IMG/VR virus record: IMGVR_UViG_3300008963_000003
Location: 1,085 to 65,084 of that record
DNA length: 64,000 bases
Reading direction: 5' to 3' (one strand)
Source: a virus
Taxonomy: Duplodnaviria; Caudoviricetes
Shown: positions 48,101-59,700 of the stretch, piece by piece
Layout of the letters: every line of letters starts with the position of its first letter
Numbering within the stretch: position 1 is the stretch's first letter
Translations under genes and position numbers: made by a program
The notes under the pieces: generated by a model
The model's database searches: none
What the model was told of the DNA's origin: nothing
Seen by the model: the letters and a program-made list of their open reading frames with translations, nothing else

Positions 48101-50671
48101 ACACAGGACAAACAAGCAGAGCTTTACAATGTTAGCACTATTTCAACATCAGGGCATGCATTTGAATATGTAGGTGCAGGAATAACCTATAATGCATTGC
48201 CATTTTTTGGTGGTACACCTATTGCTGAACAAGAAATTGTAGAAATTGGCCAAGGTAAGGTTTTTGCAGGCGGCACAGTTGACCAAATAGGTAACTTTAG
48301 AGTTGGTAATTTCTTTGCTGTTAATGCACTTAACGGTAGTATTACATTAAACGCTAATCAACTGGATTTAGCAGGTCTAACCAGTGTAGGACCTCTAATA
48401 AGAGACAATGTACCAGTGGGTGTTGAATTAAGAGAAATTAGTAATAATCCAGCATTGCAAGCAAGTACCGGTATTCAAGATCCTAATACTGCTCCAACAC
48501 AAGCAGCAGTGTCAACATATGTTGAAAATAGATATCTTAATAAAACCACCGGCGGAACAGTTACTGGTAATCTAATACTAGACGGCGATTTTGATGTAAA
48601 CGGTGATGTTATTAGTACTGAAGTTGATAACTTTAGCCTATTAAATACCAATGCAGAAACAATAAATGCATTCGGCGATGCTACTGTAATAAACATAGGC
48701 TCCGATATAGGTTTAATGACAATTAATCCTGATCTACTAGTAGAAGGAGCATTAACAGTTAACGGAGACACAGTTTTATCAGGAGATATCAGCTTTAATA
48801 TTCCTGACGAAACATTGCAAGCATTTAGCATAACCACTGAAGGAAGTCTTGACTATATTAGTATTAATACTAGAACCGACGAAGAAAAAATAACCTTTGG
48901 TGATCGTCCGTTAATTGAGATACAAAACACAACAGAAAGTACAAATAACACATCTGGTGCGTTAGTAGTCGATGGCGGCGCAGCAATAGCTAAAAATTTA
49001 AATGTAGGCGGAAATTTAAATGTTGATCTAAATACTACATTAGGTTCAGACAGAGCTCTACATACCGTGGAAATAAATGCACAGGTCAATATTGATGTAC
49101 CTGATAACACTGTAGATGTTTTCAAAATACGTGAAAATATCACTGATTATGTTACAATCATTACTACAGACAGTAATGAATCTGTTACAATAGGCAGTGT
49201 TCCAAAATTGCTATTGGAAAATCAAGATGATGCAGTATCGGCGAATACAGGTTCGTTGCAAACTCTAGGTGGTATTGCCGCAGCAAGAAATATTCATGCT
49301 GGTGTAGACATCACGGCAGATAGAGATTTAATAGCCGGCGGCGATATAGAAGTCAATGGTACTAGTATTATTACAGACGAAACTGGTACATTTAATTTAT
49401 TGAATACTAATGCGACCACAATTAATGCATTTGGTTCTGCTGTTGATATTAATATTGGTTCAACATTTGGACTACTAACAGTTAATAATCAACGTGTTGT
49501 ATTTAACAGTGTAGAAACTATACAAATTCCTGTAGGTACTACTGCTGATAGACCGACACCAGAAACTGGACAGATTAGATTTAACACTGATACTACAGTA
49601 TTTGAAGGTTATGACGGAATTGCCTGGGGGTCATTAGGAGGAGTAAAGGACGTTGATCAAGATACATTTGTGCGTCCAGAAACTGGTCCAGGAGTTGACA
49701 ATGATCAATTGGAGTTCTTTACTGAAGGTTCCAAAAGACTTACAATTGGAAATTCAGAATTTATAATAGAAGATACTAATCCTGTTGAAATATTAAATCA
49801 AACAGAAAGTGTAAATTTTTCATCTGGAGCACTAACCGTTGCCGGCGGTGTTGGTATTGCTAAAAATCTAAGCGTACAAGGATTTATAACTGGCGACAAC
49901 AATGGTATATTACAGTTAACTGATTTAGCATCTGATGTTATTGATATACGTGCAAACACAGTATTAGCACAAGATGGAATTAAACTTTTAACTAATGCAC
50001 CAGATAGTGCAGCAGATGACATTGTCTATCCTATAGTATTAGCTCATCATACAATAAGTGGTTCACCGGTTGCAGGCTCAGGCACTGGTATCAAATTTGA
50101 ACTCGAAACTGCAAATGATAATTTTGAAACCGGCGGCCAAATTGATGTTATTGCGCAAGACGTAACAGGTACACAAGAAGACTTTGACATGGTGTTTAGC
50201 ACTATGATCAACGGCAGTGTTGTTGAAAAATTACGCCTCGGCGAAGATACTAGTGTATTTTCAACAGATATAACAATAGACAATAACTCATTGTTAACCT
50301 CTCAAACAACATTTAACTTGCTAAATGATACAGCAACAACTGTCAATTTTGCTGGTGCTGCAACTGCATTAAACATTGGTGCAAGCGGTGGATTAACAAC
50401 AGTTGATCAAAATGTCCAAATTAACGAAGATGTAACAATTGACGGTACACTTGCTCTAACAAATGTTGATCTCGAAGTACAATACGGCGGCACCGGTGTA
50501 AGTGCATTTACTACAGATGGTATACTATACGGTAATGGTGCAGATCCAGTACAAGTAACTGACGCAGCAGGAACTAGTGATACTAATACATCGTATCAAG
50601 TATTAACAGTGACCAGCGATGTTGATGCTACTCCGGTTTGGACTGACACAATAGATGGTGGTAGCTTTTAA
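42194..50671 (+). CDS. Giant fibre/spike protein 1: pectin-lyase-like beta-helix with 10 inserted phycobiliprotein-like helical domains and fibre repeats
   Basis: LYVTQDGDDLNDG...RTIKSA...GPGDYFEENPI, repeated Y[DN]..KC.RD.G.I.DA..YD.LYGGN, GTTADRP.PETGQIRFNTD, C-terminal IDGGSF. Confidence 0.75.
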   Translation: MEFFKKQTIHERKIDDRSIILTADGNVEINPSGGNVNMTGNLSVTGNVTGPKTSDILYVTQDGDDLNDGKSQGADGAKRTIKSAVEAAVEGTTILVGPGDYFEENPIVLPDKVTIAGTGELQNTQIFPKNNTETIFYLGNGCYLFQLTFRGLRDPGWCVEIRPGTLCTQSPYVQNCSNINGPWLNDGTEFIPFETVQIEGVEPGARPLLVEDFPNLPFEKQVNETGGGNGMLVDGDLYNPASLVKSMVADAFTQIAQGGIGFHITNFGYTQIVSCFTVFCRVGFLTTKGGYLSISNSVSDFGTQGCVSDGFYPIAYTNAKPVQNYFSNVASITVTNAGSGYTSAPTVTIEPPSSPGGTQATAFADIDATTGEVSSITVSDQGSGYTSVPLVTLSGGDAQLQAEAVVNLATNTTIQIQSLRDKPQTGSIIKFDGDPEFYFITENNIIESPFFYDEEICKRDTRRIIDAVTGDIVLQTNYQSITAAQSYLRGTASKVLLDQLEPTIYGIETARDEMKSVINNLAMREEIDQRFNIILNTLQAGDSAGIPDIVYSDLNSLDSGLIKAKDNIVQNRDFIINEVTAYINEQFTELSYNFERYREDVERLIQNIALYALFGSDHQVLRSAQELEFRDRFKDMYIDSFNFLKQEILNLSSVQSSATASARVEEGFNQFINIIDDGDSSAITTEFPNPDGFVQNRIDAKDQLQANRSFLAAEFVAYIENEPIIFDFNSAAYATDFERIVDSLTFDILYGGDSATIQEAKYYFFNNNNFSSLGNVQKQLLVDAFSRMRFVIDRVVKGITVTKTPGNSETQDTSNNNATNSESSVLDALLFNIEDAVDNLTLDRLPTSRTFPVIENQPNDLQDAYNQITAQQVTSTTNAINYIGANYPNNTYNVEKCKRDVGFIIDAIYRDAQTGSNHNTITAGLAYNRANTEYLNREQKPATIIALRQAKSLVESTLIDYPTFQNNAVDLFQNVLDIIEFNQLPSEGTEFPDPGPAAAELIAARDQLVANRDFLVEEAIAYLADNYFIYDSDKCSRDTEIILDAAYYDSALDTNYNAVTSGLAYRRSYSANVLNDQLTETVGALTYTKGLANTALSSSTVAQTRSDATFDEIIDILQNGTAEADTIIFNNPTDATSAEINAKTNLQNNKEFIADEAAAYINNNYVNFTYDQTLFNNDLEVVFDAVALDSALGTNYNAVTAGLYYQREYNATRLADQKLQTVGSLEYLKDKTVLLGLSDTVESRTVAAFDEIIDIIENGIVSTDTAADALQFTTPSVLPSTNAVEAKDQLIANKQFLIDDTIAYINNTYPSLVYDQTKCERDLGYIVDALCHDILYGGNSATVSAAESYFNGAVSQLGAGQQTATADSFAHLASIISSVVVNTAVTPQPNNNTSQDTSNPPATSTEANTLDGLVQIIEDVITAGDTSGLPAVVLPNLSWTTLDVQEGYSVIKSNISSLTADVNQFISDTYQSFTFDSAICKRDTRYIVDALTYDILYGGNSAVFEAAKAYWFGSVSQVAGQQERTAEAFSYISNVIDEIILNQTILNPEQTVSTQTISAGAGSATEVTKAQNSLQLIQDVIINGIDVLPNKTFPDIDWVDSTIQNAVNNLEAEQNSIVNDTINFINTTYNGFSYDQNLCRRDTGYVLDAVTHDLLYGTQTTGDKTNIATLIATRALILGSSQEKLDQQGIITGEVYGRLIVAAKACVEGTVFTKTPGNPEDQVLLGSYGGTEEVNRTEELLNIYKTAAETKSLVGTPSEVEPDFSWLAVDTRAAASTLLAAKSTIENQVIEYITDNIIEFEYNIQKCERDTGYIIDAALYDMLYGGNKQTRRAALAYYNNAVIQGQELITAYTYYYLADIMEKIANNEPIEKSLGNNLTQDFSIPDGSETGSDILQLLIDRIAQSVLEGSTDGFTEIEHNYQLGSSEYLVERELIATNESSIVDTTISEINLEFGGKASITVFPGIVSVTQDKQAELYNVSTISTSGHAFEYVGAGITYNALPFFGGTPIAEQEIVEIGQGKVFAGGTVDQIGNFRVGNFFAVNALNGSITLNANQLDLAGLTSVGPLIRDNVPVGVELREISNNPALQASTGIQDPNTAPTQAAVSTYVENRYLNKTTGGTVTGNLILDGDFDVNGDVISTEVDNFSLLNTNAETINAFGDATVINIGSDIGLMTINPDLLVEGALTVNGDTVLSGDISFNIPDETLQAFSITTEGSLDYISINTRTDEEKITFGDRPLIEIQNTTESTNNTSGALVVDGGAAIAKNLNVGGNLNVDLNTTLGSDRALHTVEINAQVNIDVPDNTVDVFKIRENITDYVTIITTDSNESVTIGSVPKLLLENQDDAVSANTGSLQTLGGIAAARNIHAGVDITADRDLIAGGDIEVNGTSIITDETGTFNLLNTNATTINAFGSAVDINIGSTFGLLTVNNQRVVFNSVETIQIPVGTTADRPTPETGQIRFNTDTTVFEGYDGIAWGSLGGVKDVDQDTFVRPETGPGVDNDQLEFFTEGSKRLTIGNSEFIIEDTNPVEILNQTESVNFSSGALTVAGGVGIAKNLSVQGFITGDNNGILQLTDLASDVIDIRANTVLAQDGIKLLTNAPDSAADDIVYPIVLAHHTISGSPVAGSGTGIKFELETANDNFETGGQIDVIAQDVTGTQEDFDMVFSTMINGSVVEKLRLGEDTSVFSTDITIDNNSLLTSQTTFNLLNDTATTVNFAGAATALNIGASGGLTTVDQNVQINEDVTIDGTLALTNVDLEVQYGGTGVSAFTTDGILYGNGADPVQVTDAAGTSDTNTSYQVLTVTSDVDATPVWTDTIDGGSF

Positions 50672-50690
50672 AAAACTACCACTTTAATTT
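50658..50690 (+). terminator. Probable intrinsic terminator overlapping fibre-1 stop
   Basis: GTGGTAG/CTACCAC stem followed by TTTAATTT. Confidence 0.5.
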
Positions 50691-50694
50691 CCTT

Positions 50695-50778
50695 GATAAA
50701 TAAAACTATAACGATTTCTATCGTTTATTCTTGGGCGTCTTAGAGACCTGACCCGTACCTAAATAGGAGGCATGCCGA
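50695..50778 (+). promoter_or_regulatory. Late promoter GATAAATA plus hairpin-containing leader of fibre 2
   Basis: AACGAT/ATCGTT, GGG..GTCT/AGAC..CCC and CCTA/TAGG (overlapping the AGGAGG SD). Confidence 0.55.
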
Positions 50779-53700
50779 ATGGCAACTAAAATCAAACACA
50801 AGCGCAGCAGTGTGGCTGGTAAACAGCCACTGGTTTCACAGTTAGATTCAGGTGAACTAGCTCTTAATACAGCAGACGGAAAAGTTTACTTACTACGCGA
50901 TGACAACACTGTTCAAGATATTACTAAAAAAGTTTTTGAAGGTGATACCAGTGTACAAGTTGACGATCTCGGTACTCCTGAAACTGCACAAGTTAGTGTT
51001 ACAGTAAACAATGACGATAAAATGATTGTCACTGACAGTCAAACTAATATAAACCAAGATGTTACTATTGAAAATGCCAAAACTCTTACATTTAAAGAAT
51101 TAATTGCCGGCGGTAATGACGGAGTATCAATTAAAGCACCGGATGTGCTTGATAGTGGATATCAGCTTACACTGCCTCCTACCAACGGTACAATTGGTCA
51201 ATTAGTTAAAACCGACGGCGAGGGTAATTTAGAATTTACAGATTCAGATATTTTTGGCGGCAATGTTATCTATGTAAGTGCTGAACAAGGTGACGATGCA
51301 AATGATGGACAAAGTGCACCGGTAAAAACAGTAAAGCGTGCATGTCAAATAGCATCAGGTTTAGTATACAATCCTGACGGTACTACAAATGGAACAAGAA
51401 TAAATGTTAAAGTTGCTGTTGGAGATTATCCTGAGGATAACCCAGTTATTGTTCCTGATAATGTTGTTATCAAAGGCGATGGGCTTCGTGGATGTATTAT
51501 AAGACCAAAAAATGCAAACCTTGACATGCTTCGTGTACGAAATGCATGTTATTTTGGTGAATTTACTTTTAGAGACGGAATTGATACTAACTTTGTTCCT
51601 CTTATAACATTTGATTATGCTGTTGCATTTGACGATCCAAGCGCAACTGATGTTACAGATAGAAATCTATACACTAACTTACCAGATACTAAACCAACAA
51701 TTACTACATCTCCGTATATACAAAACTGTTCAATTATTTCGTTCCTAGGCGGAAACGGTGCAAAAATTGACGGTAGTAAAGTTGAATCGCCAAACGTTCC
51801 TCGATTTGGTATTGAAGCAGAAAATCCTGTAATAGGTGCTATACCTGAACAAGGTAAGTCAATGGTTGCTAACGCCTTTACTATTCTTTCTTTTGGCGGA
51901 ACAGCTTGGCGACTAACCAATGATGCATATGCACAGATTGTTAGCTGCTTCGAAATTTTCCTACTTAACGGTGTTTATTGTCAAAGCGGTGGATATTGTT
52001 CTATTACTAACTCGGCTACTAACTTTGGATTGTATGCCTTGCGTGCAAGTGGATATTCTCCAAAAGCCTTTAATTTTGATAGAAGTTTTGTTACAGCAAC
52101 AGGCGAAGCTGACGGTAAACAAACAGTATCAATCGTTGGTGTAAACAGATCCGCACCAGTTGAAGAATTTGTATTACGCTTCCGCGAACCAGATTATAAA
52201 ATTGCACATGATTTGCTTTTGTTAAACAGAGATGCTATTGCAGCTGATACAGTAACTTGGATTAACGACCAAATAACAAATGCCACTGCTAGTATTTGGT
52301 CAGGATTTACATACAATGAAGATATCTATAGAAAAAACATAAGAGATTTTATTGATTCAATTAGATATGATGTAATATTTAATAGTAATTACAGATCAAT
52401 TAGTGCTGCATTAAGATATCATTATAATTCCAACAGTTTTGAATTATACAATGATGTAGATCAAATAGTAGCATCATTAACACAGGCAAAAACCTATACT
52501 GCAAATTATCTATCAGATGCAACTGCTATTAGTAGATCTAATGCATTGTGGGATGAAATTATTGACATAATTCAAAACGGTGTCTCTGCTGCCGATGTGT
52601 ACAGTTTTCCTGATCCTACAGGTGGAGTTGATAACGCTAGCGATACTGGATTTGCAAACGCTAGAGATCAAGTAGTTGCTAATAAAAATTTTATAATTGA
52701 CGAAATAACCAGCTGGATAGACGATCAAATTACTCAGCAAAACGCTCCATTTACTGCTGGATTTACTTACAATGAAGCAAAATGTGCTAGAGATGTTGGA
52801 TTAATTATAGATGCACTAATATATGATTTAACATACGGCGGCAATCTTCAAACATACGAAGCAGCACTTGCATATTTTGTAGATGGTGTGGCACAATACG
52901 GTAACGGAGAACTCGAAGAAACTGTTGCTGCATACGAAAGACTCAAAACTGTTATTGAGCAAGTTATAGTAGAAACTGATGTTGTAATATCTTCCGGAAC
53001 TACTGAAACGCAAGATAAAACAGGCACACCTGGCAGTGTTGATGCACAAGATTTTGCAGGAAATAGAATACAAGAAATAATTGATTATCTTAATGATCCA
53101 TCTACTGAACCAACAAGATTTGAACCAGATGTGTCTTGGGTAAGTGCAAACTTACAAACTGCATATAACGAAGTTGATCTAGAAGGTCAAGTCAACATTG
53201 CACAAAACGTAACACAGTGGATGAATCAACAAATACAAGCTAATATTTGGGGTAATTTTGCTTATGATGAATCCAAATGCGAAAGAGACACACGTTTAAT
53301 TGTCGAAGCAGTAGCAAAAGATACTTGGGATACAGGAAATAGATTTTCAAGAAGTGCTGGACTTTCATATTATACTAGAAACCTACAAGACTCAAGTCAA
53401 ATAAGTATCAGCGGCCAAGAATTGCAAACTATAGCAGCAATTGAACAAGCAGCAGTGTATGCAAATACATATATTACTGATTTATCAGTTAATGTACAAG
53501 ATTTTGTAAACAGTAGATTTGATATTGTTACAACAATTATCAATGATCCCAATGATTTACCTGAACCAACTGAAGTAAGTTCAGCTGGAGATATTACAAA
53601 TGACTTTAAACCTACTCCTGTTGAAACACTTTTCAACGCTGAGACTGACGTTAGCACAATTAGTAATGTAATTACAATTGTTGATCATGGTTTTTCAAAT

Positions 53701-56700
53701 GGACAAAAATTAATTTATGATCCGGACGGTAATCCTCCAATACAAGGACTGGATGCTGAACAAACGTATTATGTTAAACTGATTAACGACGATGAATTCA
53801 GTTTAACATTTGACGAATCAGGCGACTTTGATGTTAACATAATTAACAACAGTACCGGAACACACAAATTCTTATCAAATATTATCGAATTTTATGTTGA
53901 AGAAATTTTAAATTCTCACCAAACTTATCAAACATTGATACTTGAATCAGGATCAGAAGGTTATAATTTTGTTCCAGGACGTGTAATTACCGGTAATACA
54001 GGCGGAAATAACAACAGTGCAATTGTTTACAGTTGGGAACCAGCTGAAAGAAGACTTGTTGTTAGTATTGAAGAAGTTGTAGTTGGTAGTAGTACTCTGA
54101 GAATACAATTTGACGAAACAAGTGTTATAAGCAGTGACCATAGTTCGCCAGCAAATACCAGCATTGGAGTAAACGAAGTTGCTACTAGAACTGATCTAGG
54201 CACAGCAACATTTTCAGTTACTGCAACTGATGGAAGTAGCAGTCTGACTAATCTTGTTAATCTTCCAGAAAAACAATGTTGGTTCCATAGACCAAGTATT
54301 GTTAACAGTTCTGCACACACTTGGGAATATGCAGGTTCGGGTACAGATTATAATGCTCTTCCTCAAAATGGCGGAAATACAAGAGAAGAATTTGAACAAT
54401 TTAATGAATTGCCAGGACGAGTTTATTCTTCAGGAACTAACGAACTTGGTGACTTTAAAGTTGGTGATTTTATTACAGCATTTAACAGAACAGGTAATAT
54501 TACTTTTAGAAATAAGGTACAGGTTGACGAGCTGGATGCTTTAAGACTCAGTCTTAGTGATGTTGCTATTGAAGAAATATCAACCAGTGTTAATCTCGGC
54601 GACGACGAAATCGGAGGACCAAGTGATTCAAGATTGCCAACTCAGTTAGCTGTAAGAAGTTTTATTGCAAATAGACTTGGTGGATTTGTTGATAAATCTG
54701 TTTCTACTGCTGCTGTTCCTGGCGCAATTGTACAACTTAATGTTAACGGACAGTTAAACCCTGATTTAATTCCAGCAACTAGACAATTTACAAATACGAA
54801 TACTCAAGGTTATTTGTCTCGTCTAGAACAGGTTGACGATATTCCAGCAACTGACCTAAAAGCAGGTGATATTGCTACGGAAGAATATGAACAAGTCGAA
54901 TTGGTATTAAGCAGTGGCATAAATGCCAGTGATGGAGATACAATTACACAACCAGGAGTACAAGGTGCAATAGGTTATGCTAAAGGCGATTATTTTAATA
55001 GTACTAATATTCTAGTTGCTACTATCGACGGCGCATGGGATGCTACTGACGATAGTACCGGTGATCCATGGGAAATAAATTCAGGAAATATTTTTGTTAA
55101 CGGTGTCGATACCGGAGTTGACATCGATTCAAAAGGTATAAGCAGTGAAATTGTAGACAACTTCTTTTTAAGAAGCAGTAATACTAGCCAGTTCTTGGTA
55201 TTAGATCCTGATGATGATTATACCTTTACAAATGCCACTGTTACTGATGTTTCTAGGAGCAGCAACATTGCAACTATTACAACAAGTGGTGCACATAATT
55301 TAAATATTAACAATAACGTACAAGTATTAATAGGAAGTGATGAAGAATACAATGTCAGTGGTTTAGTTTTAACTACTCCAACTGCAACTACATTTACTAT
55401 TGCTAACGAAGGTCCAGATGAATCTACAAAATCAGTAACTGACTCTACTGCTAGAACAATTGTAACCAGTGCTGACGGCAATGCACAAGGCGCAGTAACA
55501 GAAACACGTTACGGTGTTTTAACAAATGTTAATAATGCAGAACTGGTTGGAGGATCAGGTTATACACCAACTGACGGAACACAAGTTTACAGAGACGTAC
55601 CATTAACTAGTAGTACCGGAATAGGTTCAGGTGCTACTGCTAATATAACAGTTACCGCAGGACAAATTACCGATGTTGATGTTAATTTTGGCGGACTTGA
55701 TTATGCAGTGGGTGATTTACTCAGTGTTAATTCAAGCAGTATTGGAGGAACTGGCAGCGGATTTGAAGTTGAAGCAACTGCAATTGAAAAACGTGCATAT
55801 GTAAATATTTTAGGAGGTGAGTTATTTGTTGCAAGTACTTCCAGTGTTGACTTTGTTGAAGATAATACTGCTGTACAAAATTCTAGAGAAATAAATCTAG
55901 ATGACACTATAACTCATAACTTTTTAGCAGGTACCTTAGCCGGCGGTGGCGCAGTTAATTATTCAGATAGCAGAATTACTATAAACAATCATGGATTTGG
56001 AAACGGCGATCCTGTTACTTATGATACTCTAGGTAATGTTGCTATTGGCGGGCTATTAAATAACAATGTTTATTATGTTAAAGTAATAACAAACAGCATA
56101 ATAGAACTCTATGAAGATTATAGCCTATTAAATCAAATAGAATTTTTAAGTACACCACTGAACAACAATCATAATATTACTAGGTTTACAATTAATTTAA
56201 CTGATAACAGCGTAATCGTTGAAAATCATGGCTATAACACCGGCGATGCTGTTCGAATCGAAACATTAGAAGACGGCAGTACCAGCAATGAATTATTTTC
56301 AGTTGACGGCGATCCAGTATCAAGTGGCGATAGATTCTTCATTGGTAGCGTAACTGACAACAGTTTTACTTTACACGAGTTGCGTTCAGATGCACTAAGC
56401 AGTGTTAATGGACTGGTTACAAATACAAAAGATATTACTGCAACAGGTATCGGAAGTGCAGAAGTTATAAAAAACAATGTACAAGTGAACAGTGTAATTA
56501 ATACTTCAAGTAGAATCAAAGACAATTGGAATACTCTTGCTGTAACCAATATTGATGCCGAAAACATTATCAGCGGAACAGTATCGCCGTCGAGATTGGC
56601 AAGTTCAGGTGTAGCCAATAGTGATTCGTTCTTAAGAGGCGACAGCAGTTATCAAGTTGTTGTTCAAAAATTAAAGAAAGCCAACACAGTTGATAACCCT

Positions 56701-59700
56701 ATAGTGTTGACAGGATCAAGTATCAGCGGAGAATTTTATGGAGATCCAGTAAGCATTGGAATTGTTAATACTGATTTTGATCCTCTTGGAACATTTTCAA
56801 CACTTGGTGTTTCAAAGTTTTTACAAACACAGTTTAATGTAAACAGCAACGGCAGCGGCGAAGTGTTTATCAAAGACGGTGTTGTTGATGCAGGCACATT
56901 AGACGGTCTTGATAGTGCTTTCTTCTTAAATCCTAGCAATTTAAGTTCCCCAGTGCCAGTAAACAAAGGTGGTACTAATATTTCAACATATGCAGTTGGT
57001 GATATAATTTATGCACAAACAACTGGTACGTTAAACACACTTAATATTGGTAGAAATAACAGTTATCTAAAATCAAACGGTACTACTCCTGAATGGGGCA
57101 CTGCATTGGATCTTGTAGAAGGACTTGATGTTGGTTCAGCTGCATTAACATCTTCAAGTACAGGTTCAGGTAGTATATATAATGAAAATGTTACCAGTTT
57201 AGAAATTGGTACAGATTCTACCAATATAAAAATTGGCAGCAACAATGCTACTAGAAGTTTAACACCTTTTGTACAAAGTTATGAAGCCACTTCTAGTCAA
57301 AACGTTGTAGTTAATTTTGGAAGTGTACTTGCTAACGTAAATCAAGCTGTTCCAAATGGTGAAACAGAAGTTTCGATGCAAGATGTTACTGGAATTCTTG
57401 CAGGAATGTTAGTAACTGGAAGTTCAAGCATACAACCAAATACAACAGTTAGTGGTGTTACACAAGACGGATTTGTGTATTTGAGTAATCCGACTACAGG
57501 AACCTTACTTAATGCAACACAATTAACCTTTACATATACGCCAAAGACTCTTGGTGTAGCTGACGGAGACACAATTAATATTGCAGGAAGTGCAATAACA
57601 AATCTCGACGGTAGTTGGCCAGTAATAGGTGCAAATGATATTGCTACATCATTTACAGTACGCACTGATGCAAATGTCACTGCTGATCCTAACAATGTTC
57701 CTGCAGGAACAATAACTATTGACAGTTCGTTATTGATTAGAAATAGAAATGTAATTCTTGGAGATGCAGAAGCAAGCTCTGCTCCGGTTAGCACAGTAAT
57801 CAAAGGCACTAGCGGCATTGGCACTGATGTATCGGGTAGCAGTATTACTATTGAACCAGGATTGGGCACTGGTAATGCAACAGGTGGCGACTTTATTGTT
57901 AAAACTGGACAAGTTTCGACTACTAGCGATTTTGAACAAACATCAACTGAAAGATTGCGTGTTGATACCAGTGGTAAAGCAACATTCACAGGCGAAGTTG
58001 AAGTTGATTCGATAATAAGCACTAGTGAAACGACTGTTGCATTATTAGACGATACAGCAACAATTGTTAACGCATTTGGTGCAGCAACAACAGTTGAAAT
58101 TGGTGCAAATTCAGGAACAACTACTGTTCATAACAATGTTGATATTGATTTAGATTTAAACATCGACGGCGGCGATATTACTACAAATCAAACTGCTTTT
58201 AATCTAATAAACACAAATGCAACCACTGTTAATGCATTTGGTGCAGCAACAACAATTAATATGGGAACCGGCGGTGACGGCGGCGGCACTACTACAATTG
58301 GACATGACCTTGTAGTAAACGGCGACCTAACTGTTAACGGTGATACAACCACTATCAACAGTACAACACTCACTGTTGATGATCTAAATATCGTTCTAGC
58401 AAGCGGCGCTCCTAGTGCAGCAGCCGCAAACGGCGCAGGCATTACCATAGATGGTGCAAATGCAACTCTAACATATGATAGTGCTAACACCAGCTTTGAT
58501 TCAAGCGAGGATTTTAACCTTGCAAGTGGTAAAGCGTTCTACATTAACGATGCAAGTGTTTTAAATTCGACTACACTAGGTTCTAACGTAGTTAATAGTA
58601 GTTTGCAAACACTCGGAACTATCAATACAGGTGTTTGGCAAGGCAGTGTTGTATCTTCAACATACGGCGGCACCGGAGTTAACAACGAAGGCAGAACTGT
58701 TACTATTGCAGGTAATTTTGAAACTGTTGGTGCAAATAGCTTAACATTTACCACTACAGGTACAACAAATGTAACTCTTCCTACAAGCGGCACGCTGGCC
58801 AATAGAGGAGATCTCAGTCAATTTGCTTCTACTACAAGTGCACAACTTGCTGGAGTAATCAGCGACGAAACAGGCACTGGATCTCTAGTTTTTGCTAATA
58901 ATCCGTCATTTACAAACGGTATAAGAGCCGGCAGTTCTACAATGAATCTGTTTGATACAACTGCAACAACTATTAACTTTGGCGGCGAAGCAACAACACT
59001 GAGTATTGGAGCAAGCACCGGCACAACAACGGTGAATAATGATCTTAGTATTTCAGGAAACTTACAAATTGGCGGACTAAGTGATTTAAGTGTCAGCGGT
59101 GGAACATTTACACTAGCAAACACAGGTGCTACTACAGTTAATGCATTTGGCGAAGCAACTGCAATTAATATGGGTGCAAGCACAGGTACATTTACCATTG
59201 CTAACAGTGAATTGACATTGAACGGAAACCTCAATGTCAATGGAAATACAATTGACACTGACGAAACCGGTACATTTAATTTGTTAAAAGATAATGCTAC
59301 AAATATAGCATTTGCTCAAGCTGCAACACAAATGGTCATTGGTGAAACCAAAGCCGCAGCTATTGCCGCTGGAGAATCTACACCGGAAATGATTGTTCGC
59401 TTAGATCTTCGCACCAATGGCGATATGTATATTGACGGTGATTTGTTCGTTAATGATATAAACAATATTCCGATTGGAAACGAAACTCCTGCAAGCGGCG
59501 CGTTTACTACTCTCAACGCAAACAACCTTGTGAGATTTACTGATGCAACAAATGCAAGTGTTCTTCAAACATTTGCAAACGACAGTGCTGCACTAAAGGT
59601 GTCCGGAGGTATTAGAGTTGCAAAAGATGTAGTAGCTGACAATCTCATTGGTGACATTGATGCAGGATATTTAACCAGCGGAACAATTGCTGATGCTCGT

